Source of the DNA: Nitrososphaerota archaeon | Lineage (GTDB): Archaea; Thermoproteota; Nitrososphaeria; Nitrososphaerales; Nitrosopumilaceae | Length of the DNA stretch: 64,000 nt | Reading direction: 5' to 3' | NCBI GenBank assembly: GCA_028867755.1 | Contig: JAGWFT010000001.1 | Span: 964,727 to 1,028,726, forward strand | In this document: in pieces, positions 47,411-56,809 of the stretch | Layout: each line of letters opens with the position of its first letter | Numbering within the stretch: the stretch's first letter is position 1 | Program-made: the position numbers and the translations under genes | Notes under the pieces: model-generated | The model's input: only the letters and a program-made list of their open reading frames with translations | Told to the model about the DNA's origin: nothing | Database searches by the model: none

Positions 47411-50107
47411 TTGAAGATACATATGAATAATTTGAGATACATAGCAGTAGCCTCGCTAATTGTTTTGGCAATTCTTCCACATTATGTATTTGCTGACAAT
47501 GGTAACCAGCTTGATACTACACTAATACCAAATAAAATAATTGCAAACACTGATGGTATAATTCAGGTCTACCCAAAAAGTTTTGGTAGCACAATTAGCA
47601 GTATGGTAGCTACATCATCTGATTCTTCAATAGTGCGGATTCTAGATGTAGGAAAAGATGTCTCTCATGATATTTTTAATGTAAAGATTAAGGCATTGAA
47701 CTCAGGTCAGGCAACAATTAACATGGCAGCATCAGGTTTTGCCTCTCTAGAGTTGCCAGTTACCATCTATCCAGATTCTAAAGGAGCCACGAATCTTTTA
47801 ATCAAAGCAACTCCGAAAACTTTTTCAACGTCAGGACCAAATACTGGTTATATTTCTGTAGAAACCGTCAACGCTGATGGGGTTCCGACTCCTGCATCTG
47901 TTGATACTCCAATAAAACTAAGTGTATCAGATAGTAGCATTGCAGGACTGGCCGATGATCAAATGATGATAAAACAAGGTTCATACTTTGCCATGGAAAA
48001 ATTTGCCATAGCAAAGCCTGGCAGTGTTCAAATATATGCATCTGCACCTTCAATGCAGCCTGTATCAGCATCAGTCACGATTAATAATGAGGCTGTACCG
48101 TACACACTCCAAGTTTACGCATATCCGCCAATAGTTAATGTCAATAAAGATGCAGTGTCGTATGTAATAGTCCAATTACATGACTCTGCAGGAAATCCAG
48201 TTATAGCAAAAAATGATATTCATGTATCAGTTAGTGTCGTAAATCCTGTAGACACAACATCAGTTAACACAAGCGGTCAAAGTCCATCTGTGCAGGTAAA
48301 CGATGGTTTTGTTATACAAAAGGGCTCTTACTGGGGATATGTTCCTGTTGAATTTACTGCTGGTGTGAATGCAACGTATAATGTAAATATTTCAGCTAAA
48401 GGTTACGTAATTAGTACAATTCCTGCTAGTACAACAGTTACAACTAGTACTACAGCTACTACTGGCACAACAGTGCCTGGTGGTGGAACATCTACTAGTG
48501 GTACAACAACTACCACTAGTACGACATCTACTAGTGGTACAACAACTACCACTAGTACGACATCTACTAGTGGTACAACAACCAGCGGTACGACAACTGC
48601 AACTGGTACAACAACTGCAAGTAGCACATTGGCCTCAATTTGTACATCAAATCCAATTTCAACCTCAGAGTCACAAGTACAAATTGCTGCTGTCGCACAA
48701 AATTTTGTTATGGATGACAAGACACCATGCTTTTACCCTCTTCCAATTCTTACAACAGGCAACACAGAGTTAATTGGAGTTTTAGCTTTGAAAGACTCAT
48801 CAGGTTATCCAGTGCTTGCAAAATCAGATCTATCATTTAGAATGGATTCGTCTGATGTGTCTACAGTTTCTGTACCAGGCGTGGAAATGGGGTATGGGTC
48901 TCAATCTGCCCTTGTCTTTGCTCAAATTGGCAATGCTGCCAATCCAGTAACACTAAATGTTGTTTCAGACAGTCCTCAGCAGGTAATGCCAGTCATGGCA
49001 TCTCCCTCTCAGGTGACATCAGGTTTGGTGGCTGATTCATTACTTCCAACTGTTTTGCCAAATACGCAATTCCCACTGGCGATTTACGCTACAAATAATG
49101 GCGCTCTCGGCACATTTAAGAACGATTTTACTGCCTTGATCTCTCCACAAGAAACAATCTCGCCTATACAATTGACCGTTACAAAAGGTGATCCGATATT
49201 TCTTACCGACGAAACATTGCTTGAAGGCGGCCCCCAAAATATTGCAATCACAACACCAGATTACTCATCCAATTTCATTGTGACAGGGGCATCATCAAAA
49301 CCAAATGGTATTGTACTTGGTTATCCAGATCAAATTTTTTCAAATAGTAATTTATTGTTTTCAATCGAGTTGTTGGATGATAAACAACTCCCAATACTGG
49401 CTGACAAAGATACTGATATCAAACTAGTTTCAAGTGATCCGTCTGTACTTGATGTGCCAGATAATGTGCAGATAAAGAAAGGTACCTATTATGCAACACT
49501 TGATGCTCACTCCAATTCGTCTGGCACTGCAGAGATTGCAGTACTTGCAGATGAAATACCTCTATCAAAATTTGATGTGCCAGTTACAAGCTATGCACCA
49601 GTAATAAGCATCGACTCGGCTGATCACGCGGACAATAATTCTCCACTTACAGCCACTGTGACAGCTACCTACAATCAATTACCTCTTGCAGGTCTTAATG
49701 TGGATTGGTCGGTAACAGGTGCAACAACAAAGAACGCCGATACCATTACAGACAAAGAAGGTAAAGCAACCATCTCGTTAATCACAAACGATCCTAGTAC
49801 AGTTAGTATAGAGGCAGGCGTTGGAGGAGGACCATATCAAACTGTTACAGTCGATAAGCAAGTCAGTATCAATCCGCCATTGCAGCCTCTCATCTCAACA
49901 GGCCAATCTGGGCAATCTAATTCACAGTCATCTGGTTTTACAGTAATGGGTGTTAGTCCTCTTTTGTTTATTATTCCAGGTGCAGCAGCTGCTGCATTTG
50001 TAGTTTTAAAAAAGAAACAAATGCTAGATGGAATTACCGAAAAAATCAACATTACAGATAGATTTTCAGAAATAAAAGAAAGAATGATGGACTCTGGCCA
50101 ACGATAA
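47411..50107 (+). CDS. Large secreted surface protein with Ig-like repeats, Thr/Ser-rich linker and C-terminal membrane anchor
   Basis: Signal peptide, repeated VQLxDxxGxP / LxSSDxxV motifs, TDKEGKA, C-terminal TM followed by KKK. Confidence 0.85.
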   Translation: MKIHMNNLRYIAVASLIVLAILPHYVFADNGNQLDTTLIPNKIIANTDGIIQVYPKSFGSTISSMVATSSDSSIVRILDVGKDVSHDIFNVKIKALNSGQATINMAASGFASLELPVTIYPDSKGATNLLIKATPKTFSTSGPNTGYISVETVNADGVPTPASVDTPIKLSVSDSSIAGLADDQMMIKQGSYFAMEKFAIAKPGSVQIYASAPSMQPVSASVTINNEAVPYTLQVYAYPPIVNVNKDAVSYVIVQLHDSAGNPVIAKNDIHVSVSVVNPVDTTSVNTSGQSPSVQVNDGFVIQKGSYWGYVPVEFTAGVNATYNVNISAKGYVISTIPASTTVTTSTTATTGTTVPGGGTSTSGTTTTTSTTSTSGTTTTTSTTSTSGTTTSGTTTATGTTTASSTLASICTSNPISTSESQVQIAAVAQNFVMDDKTPCFYPLPILTTGNTELIGVLALKDSSGYPVLAKSDLSFRMDSSDVSTVSVPGVEMGYGSQSALVFAQIGNAANPVTLNVVSDSPQQVMPVMASPSQVTSGLVADSLLPTVLPNTQFPLAIYATNNGALGTFKNDFTALISPQETISPIQLTVTKGDPIFLTDETLLEGGPQNIAITTPDYSSNFIVTGASSKPNGIVLGYPDQIFSNSNLLFSIELLDDKQLPILADKDTDIKLVSSDPSVLDVPDNVQIKKGTYYATLDAHSNSSGTAEIAVLADEIPLSKFDVPVTSYAPVISIDSADHADNNSPLTATVTATYNQLPLAGLNVDWSVTGATTKNADTITDKEGKATISLITNDPSTVSIEAGVGGGPYQTVTVDKQVSINPPLQPLISTGQSGQSNSQSSGFTVMGVSPLLFIIPGAAAAAFVVLKKKQMLDGITEKINITDRFSEIKERMMDSGQR
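48488..48582 (+). repeat. 36-bp coding tandem repeat x2.6 (TSTSGTTTTTST)
   Basis: ACATCTACTAGTGGTACAACAACTACCACTAGTACG at 48488 and 48524, partial at 48560. Confidence 0.92.
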
Positions 50108-50108
50108 T

Positions 50109-50357
50109 TTATGATTTTATGAAGGTTATGACATTGGATAAATGCGATACAAATGACTTGCCTACTTGTTCATTTCTGCTTAGCATAAACAGCGAGAAGA
50201 ATCCTTCAAAGAAAGTCAAAATACTTTGCAAAAGATTTTGGTGAAAGAGTTGAAGTGTAGTAGAAATCACAACGACAGTAGCAGCTACAAGTACTATCAA
50301 ATAGTAAAGTGTATACCACTTAGTTTTAGGGTCATGAAAAGACGAGAAAAATCTCAT
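50109..50357 (-). CDS. Small membrane protein
   Basis: 82 aa, 2 hydrophobic segments. Confidence 0.55.
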   Translation of the reverse strand: MRFFSSFHDPKTKWYTLYYLIVLVAATVVVISTTLQLFHQNLLQSILTFFEGFFSLFMLSRNEQVGKSFVSHLSNVITFIKS

Positions 50358-50431
50358 GAGAGAATTTCATGGTTTCCAAAATATAAGATTTGTCTACCAA
50401 TTTTGGAAATGGAACAAGGATCTAGTGTAGT

Positions 50432-51130
50432 ATGTTAATTGAAAATTTGGATCTTAACACTGTGAGAATTATCACAGCTTTGGGTATGCTTGGAATTGCA
50501 TCTTTTTTAGACATACGAAAAAGGGAGATAAATGATATTGTATGGATTGGATTTGGAGCCATTGCGTGTGTATTTGTCTTTTTCAGTGATAATTTCTGGT
50601 TGACAATCAAGACATTAGGTTTGTCGATGATAATAGTTCCTATCGCGCTTTTCATATGGCGTCTTGGTATTTTTGGGGGGGCTGATGCTTTTTGTCTTAT
50701 AGTTCTTGGCGCCTTGGTCCCCATGGCATCAATACAAAGCTCTGAGATAACTCCATTTACAACACTCACTAATGCTGCAATAATCTCTATTGTTCCGCTA
50801 TTTGTAAATCTCAGTCGAAATCTAGTTGCCATGGCAAAAAGAGAAGATATCTTTAATGGCATAGATGAGACAAGATTAACTAAACTTGTGGCACTTTTTG
50901 TTGGTCATAGGGCAAAGAACACAAAATATGGATTTTCAATGGAAAGGATTGAAGGAAACCAAAAAAGGCTTGATTTTGGATTTAGGCATGCAGAAAAGAC
51001 ACAGTTTTGTAATGCATCCACGACATGGATTACCCCTGCAATACCGTATATCCTTTACATATCTGGCGGATTTGCGATTCAGATAATTTATGGTGATGTT
51101 ATCGTCAATTTGATTAAAAGTATCCACTGA
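50432..51130 (+). CDS. Prepilin peptidase (A24, PibD/FlaK-like)
   Basis: SFLDIRKREI and GGADAFCL aspartate motifs; TPAIPYI C-terminus. Confidence 0.92.
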   Translation: MLIENLDLNTVRIITALGMLGIASFLDIRKREINDIVWIGFGAIACVFVFFSDNFWLTIKTLGLSMIIVPIALFIWRLGIFGGADAFCLIVLGALVPMASIQSSEITPFTTLTNAAIISIVPLFVNLSRNLVAMAKREDIFNGIDETRLTKLVALFVGHRAKNTKYGFSMERIEGNQKRLDFGFRHAEKTQFCNASTTWITPAIPYILYISGGFAIQIIYGDVIVNLIKSIH

Positions 51131-51218
51131 TGTTATCCTAGAATCATGCTTTGTGTGATGGACTCTTTTTAATGCCTATTACCAAATCTTTTAATTGAAA
51201 ATATTATGTGGGATGTGT

Positions 51219-51908
51219 GTGAAAGCACTTATTCTTTCTGGAGGTCTTGGAAAAAGACTCAGACCAATAACAGATTATCTGCCTAAGCCATTAGTGCCGA
51301 TTGATAGTATACCTATAATTGAATGGCAAGCCAGATATTTTAAAAAATTTGGAATCAAAGAAATAGTTGTCTGTGCAGGCTATCGTAATGAACAAATAAT
51401 TGATTATTTGTCAAAAAAAAATCTAGGTGTGAGGGTTAGCTATTCAATTGAAAAAACCCCTTTAGGTACTGGCGGTGCAATAAAAAATGCACGTAAATAC
51501 ATCGCTGATGAAGAGAGTTTTTTTGTCATAAATGGGGACGTTATTACAGATATTGATCTCAACAAATTAAGAGCAAGAAAAAACTCAATTGCCGTGATTC
51601 CTCTACGTAGTGCATTTGGCCTAGTACACCTTACCAAAGACAAGGTTGAAAGGTTTGAAGAAAAACCAAAAGCACTCAGCTATTGGATGAATGCTGGTGT
51701 TTATCATTTGAACTCTGAGATCATAAAATCATTGCCAACTTGTGGCAATATTGAGAATACCACTTTTCCAAAATTTGCAAGTATTGGAAATCTTTATGCT
51801 ATAAAGTTCAATAATGTTTTGTGGCGTTCTATTGATTCCCATAAAGATATTGAAGATTGTGTGATGGAAATGAAATCCATGCGATATGAAAGATTTTTGT
51901 CAAAGTGA
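51219..51908 (+). CDS. Sugar-phosphate nucleotidyltransferase
   Basis: KALILSGGLGKRLRPIT..PKPL, LGTGGAI, INGDVI; GTG start at 51219. Confidence 0.92.
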   Translation: MKALILSGGLGKRLRPITDYLPKPLVPIDSIPIIEWQARYFKKFGIKEIVVCAGYRNEQIIDYLSKKNLGVRVSYSIEKTPLGTGGAIKNARKYIADEESFFVINGDVITDIDLNKLRARKNSIAVIPLRSAFGLVHLTKDKVERFEEKPKALSYWMNAGVYHLNSEIIKSLPTCGNIENTTFPKFASIGNLYAIKFNNVLWRSIDSHKDIEDCVMEMKSMRYERFLSK

Positions 51909-52885
51909 TATGTGTGAGAATTGGGTTTAGCCTAGGCTCATTACTCTCTATTAATGAAATATTGGAATGCTCCAAAACTCTTTCTGCTTATTCTCCTGAC
52001 TCCATTTGGATTCCAGAAACATGGGGCATGGAATGCAGTTCGATGATTTCTACAGTGTCACAGCTTGCAAAAAAACCAAAAATTGGCTCATCCATAATGA
52101 ATATCTATTCGAGGACTCCAGCACTTGTCGCCATGTCTGCGGTCACACTTGATACTATTACAGCAGGTAGATTCATTTTAGGACTTGGTACTAGTAGTCA
52201 GCCAATTGTAAACGAATGGCACGGACTATATTTTACAAATCCCATTGAACGAATGAAAGAATATGTCAAAATTATACGTCTTATAATTTCAGGAAGTAAA
52301 GTTAATTATGATGGTAAAATATTTCAGTTGAGAAATTTTACACTCTTAATGCATCCTGTACGAAATCATATTCCAATATATCTTGCAGCAATAAATCAAA
52401 AAATGGTTGAGCTGACATGGGATATGGCAGATGGCGCTATATTTTATTTGAGGCCATTAAATGAGCTTCAGGCAACCATAAAAAAAATGCAACAAAAAAA
52501 GAAAATTGATGTTGCCTGTCAGCTAATAACATGTGTTTCTGAAGATGCAGAAGAGGCAATGCTACGAGCAAAAAAGACAATAGCGTTTTATGTCTCAGTG
52601 GGTAAAATTTATCGAGAATTTTTGGCAAAAAATGGCTTTAAAAATGAAACTGACAATATTTTTGAAGAATATGAAAAAACTGGGCTTCAGAACAATCACG
52701 CTTTGGTATCAGATTCAATGGTTGATGCTCTTGCAATAAGTGGAACTCCAAAAGATATTGTAATAAAATTAAAAAAATTTACAAATACAGGTATAAATTT
52801 ACCAATAATTCAATTTAATCCAATTGGGGATGTGTCCAAATCGTTTGAGTTACTTGTGTCTGCATTGGCAAGTGAGATGAGTTGA
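51905..52885 (+). CDS. LLM-class (luciferase-like, probably F420-dependent) oxidoreductase
   Basis: WIPETWG, IMNIYSRTP, GRFILGLG, PIYLAA, ADG. Confidence 0.9.
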   Translation: MICVRIGFSLGSLLSINEILECSKTLSAYSPDSIWIPETWGMECSSMISTVSQLAKKPKIGSSIMNIYSRTPALVAMSAVTLDTITAGRFILGLGTSSQPIVNEWHGLYFTNPIERMKEYVKIIRLIISGSKVNYDGKIFQLRNFTLLMHPVRNHIPIYLAAINQKMVELTWDMADGAIFYLRPLNELQATIKKMQQKKKIDVACQLITCVSEDAEEAMLRAKKTIAFYVSVGKIYREFLAKNGFKNETDNIFEEYEKTGLQNNHALVSDSMVDALAISGTPKDIVIKLKKFTNTGINLPIIQFNPIGDVSKSFELLVSALASEMS

Positions 52886-53991
52886 GACAAGTAGCTGTTG
52901 CTTCTGGTGGTCTCACCAGATTTACCAAAAATGATCTATCCCTTGAAACACTTATGGTTTCTTCTGTAAAACAAATTTTTGAAAAAACTGAGAACCTAGA
53001 ACAAAAAGACATTGATGTAGTATTAATATCGACAAATGCAAATGACAAATACTTGGCAAACATTGTATCAGAATTATGTGGAATATCACCTAAAATTGCA
53101 CATTCGATAGAAAGCCTGTGCAATTCTGGAACTAACTGCATTGTATCTGCATATTCATATATTTTATCAGGTCTTGCAAAGACTGCCCTAGTAATAGGTG
53201 CAGAAAAAACTAACAGTCCTGGGCTTGTATTGGAATGGGATAAATCTAGAGGACAGTACAAACATCCGATTTATTGGTCATCAATGTTTACAAGTGCACA
53301 TATGAGAAAATTTGGTACAACATCAGAAGATCTTGCTTATGTCTCAGCCAAGAACCACAGAAATGCACTGGATAACCCATATGCTTATTTTGATAGAGAA
53401 TACTCCTTACAAGAAATTACAGAATCAAAAAATCTGACTGAGAATGTGAGATTATTAGATTGTTCAATGTCGTGTGATGGTTCTGCTGCAGTTTTGCTTA
53501 CCTCAAGTGATATCGCCACAAAATTTACAGACAGGCCAGTCTGGATAACTGGAATAGGACAAAAGTCTACTTCTGCTGGCTTTACAAAGAATGATGATCT
53601 TACATCTATGAAATCAACTGCTTATTCTGCTTCTGATGCATACCAGATGTCTGGTAGAAAACCAACTGATGTAGATGTTGCAGAATTACATGATGCTTTT
53701 AGCATATGTGAAATTATTGAGCTTGAAGACCTTGGATTTGTAAGTAAGGGGCAGGGGTCTTCTTACGTGCACCAACTATATGACTCACATGATAGACGAA
53801 TAAATCCTCGTGGTGGTTTGATTGGTGCAGGACATCCACTTGGCGCTACAGGTATTGCTCAGACTGTAGAAATTTGTCAACAGCTACAAGGAAATGCTAA
53901 AAAAAGACAAGTGGATGGAGCAAAGGTAGGTCTAGTTCACAATATGTCTGCTGCAGCAACGTCTTCAACTGTCATGATATTGGAATCATGA
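52882..53991 (+). CDS. Thiolase family protein (archaeal/SCP2-type)
   Basis: SLCNSG, KNHRNA..NP, DGSAAV, ELHDAF, NPRGGL...GHPLGATG. Confidence 0.93.
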   Translation: MRQVAVASGGLTRFTKNDLSLETLMVSSVKQIFEKTENLEQKDIDVVLISTNANDKYLANIVSELCGISPKIAHSIESLCNSGTNCIVSAYSYILSGLAKTALVIGAEKTNSPGLVLEWDKSRGQYKHPIYWSSMFTSAHMRKFGTTSEDLAYVSAKNHRNALDNPYAYFDREYSLQEITESKNLTENVRLLDCSMSCDGSAAVLLTSSDIATKFTDRPVWITGIGQKSTSAGFTKNDDLTSMKSTAYSASDAYQMSGRKPTDVDVAELHDAFSICEIIELEDLGFVSKGQGSSYVHQLYDSHDRRINPRGGLIGAGHPLGATGIAQTVEICQQLQGNAKKRQVDGAKVGLVHNMSAAATSSTVMILES

Positions 53992-54317
53992 CCAAATTTG
54001 AACAAGAACTAAAGAACAATAATTTTCTGTGTAGTCATTGTACTACATGTGATAAGCTAGTATGGCCACCAAGTGATTTTTGTAATAACTGTTTTAGTGA
54101 TGTTGTTTGGAAACCAGTTTCACGGTTTGCAAGACTTATCGAGTTTTCACGCAAAGACAATGAGTATTTTTGCATAGCAGAATTTGAAGAAAATATTAGA
54201 GTAATGGGAAGTATTCAGAATTCATCTAATTTGAAGATCAATCAACCTCTGTTTTTAGTAAAATGTGATTATGATGGTATCGAAAGGTTTGTGTTCGAAC
54301 CAGTTTTAACGTCTTAA
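53988..54317 (+). CDS. DUF35 Zn-ribbon/OB-fold thiolase partner
   Basis: CTTC..WPP..FCNNC; overlaps the thiolase stop. Confidence 0.85.
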   Translation: MTKFEQELKNNNFLCSHCTTCDKLVWPPSDFCNNCFSDVVWKPVSRFARLIEFSRKDNEYFCIAEFEENIRVMGSIQNSSNLKINQPLFLVKCDYDGIERFVFEPVLTS

Positions 54318-55109
54318 TTCTTTAAACTCGCTATCTATCTTTTCTTTCTTGAAGATCTTGATATGATCGTATACTCCAAATGAGAACAAAAGATAACTCC
54401 ACAAAAATACTATGTCTACTGGATGTCCTGTATAATACGTATTAGTAAAAGTTGTAAGCTGAAAACCGGCATCTGCAATTGTTTGTAGAATAATAGCAAG
54501 ACAAATCAGTGACCATGTGAAATTTACCTCTCCTCTAAAAAATAAAGCAACTCCAATTAGAGCTGGAACTAATAATATTGCATCAGCTATAGGATAACTT
54601 GTCGCCAGCGTATTCTCGAGCATACTAACTTTAGGATCAAAGTCATATGCCATGTAGACACTTGGAATAGATATGGCAACAGAAATCAAAATTGCAGATA
54701 TTATCATTCTCCTTGATATGGCGCGTGTAACAGGTCTTAGGTAATAAATCAAAAAACAAAAAAGTAGTGGATACCCAGATATGAAAAATACATCAGCCAA
54801 TGAAGGAAAAGGACTAATTTTGAAAACTAGTTCGTATGTTGACCATATTGTTTCTGCAATAAACCATGAAATTGAAAACCCAAGAAAAAATAACCATGCT
54901 TTACCATGATTACCAGCCTGCCTGAATCTTAAACATAACCCAGCAGATAATGCAACCTGCGCAGCAGTTACAGGAATATACACGATATCTGTTACTATCT
55001 TAACAGTCTCCTTTCCTAGAAATGTTGCAAATACTATGAGTACTCCTACAAATATTATACTATAAAGTAATGATATCTGTACACTATTTCTTGGATAATG
55101 AATATGCAA
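54306..55109 (-). CDS. Multi-pass (7-8 TM) membrane protein, sensor-domain-like
   Basis: GKAW, FPSLADVFF, YPIAD, TYYTGHPVD; paralog of 56810..57613. Confidence 0.8.
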   Translation of the reverse strand: MHIHYPRNSVQISLLYSIIFVGVLIVFATFLGKETVKIVTDIVYIPVTAAQVALSAGLCLRFRQAGNHGKAWLFFLGFSISWFIAETIWSTYELVFKISPFPSLADVFFISGYPLLFCFLIYYLRPVTRAISRRMIISAILISVAISIPSVYMAYDFDPKVSMLENTLATSYPIADAILLVPALIGVALFFRGEVNFTWSLICLAIILQTIADAGFQLTTFTNTYYTGHPVDIVFLWSYLLFSFGVYDHIKIFKKEKIDSEFKELRR

Positions 55110-55112
55110 ATT

Positions 55113-55400
55113 TTAATTCCCTATCACATTGACCATTCTTTGGACTGTACTGTCTTCAAGATGCTCCATTAATTCTATCTTGATTGATTGTGATATAGCA
55201 ACATGGGAGTTGCCAAAGACAGATTTTAGCACATTATTGAGATAATCTGGATGCTCATAACAGTCTGGAATATAACAATGATATTCCTTGTATAATTTAA
55301 TGGACACTTTGTCAAGTATGGGCTTGCCTATGTCTAAAAGTACCTTTTCAATATAAAATGACGTCAACGCTTTCATCACTTGTTTTTTATCAATATTCAT
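55113..55400 (-). CDS. Stand-alone CYxPDCYEHPxYL (NitrOD/DUF3227-like) helical domain
   Basis: Motif shared with 18465..18911; gapless alignment to the N-terminus of 57597..58232. Confidence 0.8.
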   Translation of the reverse strand: MNIDKKQVMKALTSFYIEKVLLDIGKPILDKVSIKLYKEYHCYIPDCYEHPDYLNNVLKSVFGNSHVAISQSIKIELMEHLEDSTVQRMVNVIGN

Positions 55401-55486
55401 CTAGTCAACACCTAGTTTGTCACAGCCAGAAAAGATTTTATCAAGAAACAAAAATTCTTTACAGATCTGTCTTGTGTCCATTTCTA

Positions 55487-56335
55487 CTAAGGATGTCTAG
55501 AGTTTGACCAAATGTAAGCGAATAATAATTTTAATGTATATACCATTGATAATGAATCAGTCCACATGGCAAGAATATTTTGGGGAGACTCACTTGGGTT
55601 TTTCATAAACAAAAGTAGTTCATCATCATCTTTTATGATAAAACATAGATCTTCTTTGATTTTCAATGGCATTCTTTTTACTTTGTCTTTTAACTTGCCT
55701 TCAAAAATATAGGTTGTTTTCTTTGAATTTGATGAAATGAATTGTGGTTCTACAATCGATGTTTTTATGCGTTCAAGAAACCCTGCATGATAAAATTTCA
55801 TAAAGTCTTTTTCTGATGCCAAAATCTGAATTGATTTTTTTGCATTATCAATCAAGTAGTTTATTTTTCCAGTCATTTGATTCGTGCCTTGTAATATTTG
55901 AAATCTTCCATCCTTGGTATCTTCTTTGTTGATTTTGAAGCTGGGAATAGTATTCCAGATCTCTACTAAATTCTTTTCTTGTGACTCTAGATTTTTTACT
56001 CGCTCTTTTTCTGCATTGATGAGAGTTCCTATGGCCTTATCAAGTGATAATGCTGAGAATCTAATAGGATGCTCAAAAGTGGCAGACACAATTCCCTTAT
56101 TTTGTAAATTGGTGAGAAGATAGTAAGTTTCAGTTCTTGGAATTTTCAGAGTTTTACTTATTTGTGTAGCAGTATTAGAGCCGTATTTTTCAAGATATAG
56201 ATAAACCTTGGATTGATTGGATGTAAGGCCAAATTTAGATAGCTCATTTTTGAGCTTTTCAAGTAGCATCTCATAGTCATTTGGTTTTGAGTCAAGCGAT
56301 GAGTCTAACACAGAAAAATTAGTAACAGTCGTCAT
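55487..56335 (-). CDS. TrmB-family transcriptional regulator (paralog of 35227..36081)
   Basis: GLTSNQSKVY...PRTETYYLLTNLQNKG.VSATFEHPI..SA...NAEKERV nearly identical to the other copy. Confidence 0.9.
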   Translation of the reverse strand: MTTVTNFSVLDSSLDSKPNDYEMLLEKLKNELSKFGLTSNQSKVYLYLEKYGSNTATQISKTLKIPRTETYYLLTNLQNKGIVSATFEHPIRFSALSLDKAIGTLINAEKERVKNLESQEKNLVEIWNTIPSFKINKEDTKDGRFQILQGTNQMTGKINYLIDNAKKSIQILASEKDFMKFYHAGFLERIKTSIVEPQFISSNSKKTTYIFEGKLKDKVKRMPLKIKEDLCFIIKDDDELLLFMKNPSESPQNILAMWTDSLSMVYTLKLLFAYIWSNSRHP

Positions 56336-56438
56336 ATTGCGTAATTAATACAACGGTATCTTTAGAGATCTGTATGTATCATATAATTACACACTTTTGT
56401 TGTGCATAATTTAGGCGTGTGAAACTGCTTATCTTTAA

Positions 56439-56666
56439 CTACTGGATCTGCTCAGAGAGCAAAATGACTTCTTTTGCAATTCTTTGGAATTGTCTTCTGG
56501 TTGCTTCATTCATGTCATGAACTTTTTTCACTTGAATGATTTCAAACATTATTTTTATCATGGATGAAACTGTTAACTGGCTTACAGGTTTTTTGCTGAT
56601 CTGAATTTTGTCTATGTTCATTTGTTTTGTTTGTGAATTAAGCTTGTTTGCTGTCAATACTGACAT
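56439..56666 (-). CDS. Small hypothetical protein
   Basis: 75-aa ATG ORF, helical. Confidence 0.55.
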   Translation of the reverse strand: MSVLTANKLNSQTKQMNIDKIQISKKPVSQLTVSSMIKIMFEIIQVKKVHDMNEATRRQFQRIAKEVILLSEQIQ

Positions 56667-56809
56667 ATTTTTCTTAAGTTATATTAGCATAAAAATATGT
56701 CCTGCCAAAATTGGAAATATATTTTATTATTAACTATAGCTAAGTAACAAAATAATGTGACACAGCCTAGATCAAAGAATCATATTAATTGATTTTATCA
56801 AAACTGTTT

